The notes under the pieces are model-generated. The model saw only the letters and a list, made by a program, of their open reading frames with translations. It made no database searches and had not been told where the DNA came from. A stretch of 64,000 bases of DNA from positions 5,590-69,589 of the forward strand of contig JBKJKI010000140.1 in assembly GCA_046597475.1 (NCBI GenBank). The letters run 5' to 3'. Positions 61,479-64,000 of the stretch are shown here, in pieces. The position numbers and the translations under genes were made by a program. The stretch is from Polaromonas sp. Its GTDB lineage: Bacteria > Pseudomonadota > Gammaproteobacteria > Burkholderiales > Burkholderiaceae_C. Position 1 is the stretch's first letter, and every line of letters begins with the position of its first letter.

Positions 61479-62228
61479 TCACCCTTTACCGCAGACCGTG
61501 CAGGCCGGATTTCTTGGCATTTTCATTTCATGCCATTCCATGCTTCGGCCGTCCAGCATCAGTAGTCGCCCGGTCAGGACCTGCCCGATGCCGCACAGCA
61601 GCTTGAGTGCCTCCGCGGCCTGCACGCTTCCCACAATCCCCACCAGCGGTGCAAACACGCCCATGGTGGCGCAGCGGGTTTCCTCCAGCCGTTCGGTCTC
61701 CGGGAAAATACAGGCGTAGCACGGAGACTCTTCGCTGCGTGAGTCGTAAACCGTCACCTGGCCGTCAAAGCGGATGGCGGCCCCGGAGACCAGCGGCTTG
61801 CGGTGATTCACGCAGGCACGGTTGATGGCGTGGCGAATCGCGAAGTTGTCGGTGCAGTCCAGTACCAGGTCCGCCTCGCGTACCAAGCGGTCCAGCAATG
61901 CGTCATCGGCCCTGCTGGCGACCGGAATGACCCGGACGTCGGGGTTGATCGCCGCCACCGCCTGCGCCACGGAGTCGGCCTTGAACTGGCCAAGGCGCTC
62001 CATGGTGTGGGCGATCTGGCGCTGCAGGTTGGTGGCATCCACGTGGTCGTGATCGACGACCGTCATGCTCCCCACGCCGGCACTGCCCAGGTACAGGGCC
62101 ACGGGGGAGCCCAGCCCACCCGCGCCAATGACCAGCACGCGGGAGGACAGCAGCTGTTGCTGCCCTTCAATGCCGATTTCATCCAGCAGGATATGCCGGG
62201 AATAGCGCAGAAGCTGTTCATCATTCAT
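61479..62228 (-). CDS. moeB: MoeB/ThiF adenylyltransferase
   Basis: RYSRHILL, GAGGLG, NLQRQ, DCTDN, CYAC and CTVC. Confidence 0.88.
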   Translation of the reverse strand: MNDEQLLRYSRHILLDEIGIEGQQQLLSSRVLVIGAGGLGSPVALYLGSAGVGSMTVVDHDHVDATNLQRQIAHTMERLGQFKADSVAQAVAAINPDVRVIPVASRADDALLDRLVREADLVLDCTDNFAIRHAINRACVNHRKPLVSGAAIRFDGQVTVYDSRSEESPCYACIFPETERLEETRCATMGVFAPLVGIVGSVQAAEALKLLCGIGQVLTGRLLMLDGRSMEWHEMKMPRNPACTVCGKG

Positions 62229-62348
62229 GAAAATGGAGTTCCGTCGGCAGGACTCATGGCCCGGTTCTTTTGCGCACGAGCCGCGAAAAATAACGTTCAG
62301 CAAAAAAGCGGCACCCGGCCGCCTTTTGCTGGGTTCAGGGCAATGCGT

Positions 62349-63788
62349 CTAGTTGTCTTTTTTCTCGTTTTTCGGCTCGACCACGGCGGTCTTGCTCACA
62401 AGTACCGGGCGCCCCTTGAGCTGGTTGATCGCCTGGGCCAGCGGGAAATCCTTGTCGCTGCCCAGCTCAGGCGGGCGGCGTTGTTCCGGTGTCTTCCTGG
62501 CATCTTCTTCAAGGCGTTTCAAGGCCAGTTCGCGCGCCTTTTCGCGGTTCGCATCCTTGACTTCCTCACCCTGGCCGCTGTTGAGGTGCTTTTCAAGATC
62601 GGCCTCCCGCGTGCGCAGCACCGCGAACGGGCTGCCTTCGGCGGTTTCGTCAACCATGACATCGGGCACGATGCCGCGCGCCTGAATCGATTTTCCGTTC
62701 GGTGTGTAGTAGCGTGCGGTCGTCAGCTTGATGCCGGTGTCAGGACCCAGGGGGCGGACGGTCTGGACCGAACCCTTGCCAAAGGTCTGGTTGCCCATGA
62801 TGGTGGCGCGCTTGTAGTCCTGCAGCGCGCCCGCCACGATCTCGCTGGCCGAGGCCGAGCCCTCGTTGACCAGGACCACCAGCGGTACGGTCTTGAGTGC
62901 TGCAGGAAGACCCTTCAGCGGGTCCGTGCCATTGCGCCGCTGGTAAAACTCGGGCGACGCCTTGTAGGTGAACTTGCTTTCGGCCAACTGGCCGTTGGTG
63001 GACACCACGGTCACATTCTCTGGCAGAAAAGCCGCCGATATGGCAACCGCCGCGTCCAGCAAGCCGCCCGGATCGTTGCGCAGGTCCAGCACCAGCCCTT
63101 TCAGGTTGGGCTCCTGCTTGTAGATCTGCGTCAGCTTGGCGACGAAATCGTCCACCGTGCGTTCCTGAAACTGGCTCAGCCGAATCCAGGCATAGCCAGG
63201 CTCGACCACCTTGCTGCGAACCGACTGGGTGCGAATTTCTTCACGGGTAATGGTGACCGGGAAAGTCCGGTTTTCATCCTTGCGGAAGATCGTCAGCAGC
63301 ACCTTGGTCCGCGGTTCGCCGCGCATCTTCTTGACGGCCTCATTCAGGCTCAGTCCCTTGACCGCCGTGTCATCAATGCGGGTGATCAGGTCGTTGGGCT
63401 TGAGTCCGGCCTGGTCGGCAGGGGAGCCTTCAATCGGTGACACGACCTTGACGAGGCCGTCTTCCTGCGTGATTTCGATGCCGACCCCCACAAATCGTCC
63501 CGACGTGCCTTCGCGGAATTCCTTGTAGGATTTCTTGTCGAAATAAACGGAGTGCGGATCCAGGCTGGACACCATGCCTGAAATGGCATCGGTGATCAGC
63601 TTTTTCTCGTCAACCGGCTCCACGTAGTCGGTTTTGACCATTCCAAACACCGCCGCGAGTTGCTGCAACTCTTCCAGCGGCAGAGGTGCCAGCCCGGCGC
63701 GCGCGACGGCTTGAAGTTGCACGGTGGTGAGGGCTCCTGCCATGGCACCGATTGAAATCCAGCCTGCTATCTTGAGCTTTTGACCCAT
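62349..63788 (-). CDS. ctpA: S41 carboxy-terminal processing protease (PDZ)
   Basis: LDPHS, GVGIEI, DLRNDPGG, SASASE, TFGKGSVQ. Confidence 0.9.
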   Translation of the reverse strand: MGQKLKIAGWISIGAMAGALTTVQLQAVARAGLAPLPLEELQQLAAVFGMVKTDYVEPVDEKKLITDAISGMVSSLDPHSVYFDKKSYKEFREGTSGRFVGVGIEITQEDGLVKVVSPIEGSPADQAGLKPNDLITRIDDTAVKGLSLNEAVKKMRGEPRTKVLLTIFRKDENRTFPVTITREEIRTQSVRSKVVEPGYAWIRLSQFQERTVDDFVAKLTQIYKQEPNLKGLVLDLRNDPGGLLDAAVAISAAFLPENVTVVSTNGQLAESKFTYKASPEFYQRRNGTDPLKGLPAALKTVPLVVLVNEGSASASEIVAGALQDYKRATIMGNQTFGKGSVQTVRPLGPDTGIKLTTARYYTPNGKSIQARGIVPDVMVDETAEGSPFAVLRTREADLEKHLNSGQGEEVKDANREKARELALKRLEEDARKTPEQRRPPELGSDKDFPLAQAINQLKGRPVLVSKTAVVEPKNEKKDN

Positions 63789-64000
63789 AAAATTACCTTC
63801 GTAAGCCTGTTGAGGAGCCTTGCCCCTTCTGTCTGGAAGCAATATACACCTTGGAGGCGGGCAAGCCGCCACAGTTCCGTCGCCCTGACCCCGCCATGCG
63901 AAAAAAGTGAGGCATCTTCGATATTTGGATGAATTTTTACCTCAAATTTACAAATCGGCAAGGTGAAGGCGCAAGGCTGCTCCCGCGTGGGAAGACGATC

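Overview
High-GC betaproteobacterial chromosome window. Gene order and protein sequences suggest Comamonadaceae, probably Polaromonas-like; this assignment is inference. It is mostly core genome: the 3' part of a glutamate/aspartate ABC operon, rnk, pyrC, htpX, a ProQ/FinO gene, cysK, RNase P RNA, dapF-DUF484-xerC, rlmI, a COG0523 GTPase with dksA, the complete dcw cluster (mraZ to lpxC), ruvC, mtgA, aroE and an RNB ribonuclease. It then has folE-BLUF and a stress-gene island (two BON genes, ferritin-like, DUF883, DUF1328, AsmA) around a CHASE3 kinase and two response regulators, followed by moeB and ctpA. I found no prophage, IS, CRISPR array, tRNA or rRNA. The most notable signals are non-coding or overprinted. 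(1) A 55-bp ungapped two-dyad motif occurs six times, three of them inside conserved coding sequences. (2) About 100-bp palindromic elements with a compensatory base change flank dapF in inverted orientation. (3) A tripartite operator is shared by four promoters of the stress island. (4) An in-frame 36-bp fold-back duplication lies in ftsZ. (5) Many genes look leaderless, and there are several unannotated mini-ORFs. All alignments were done by eye and no database searches were run.
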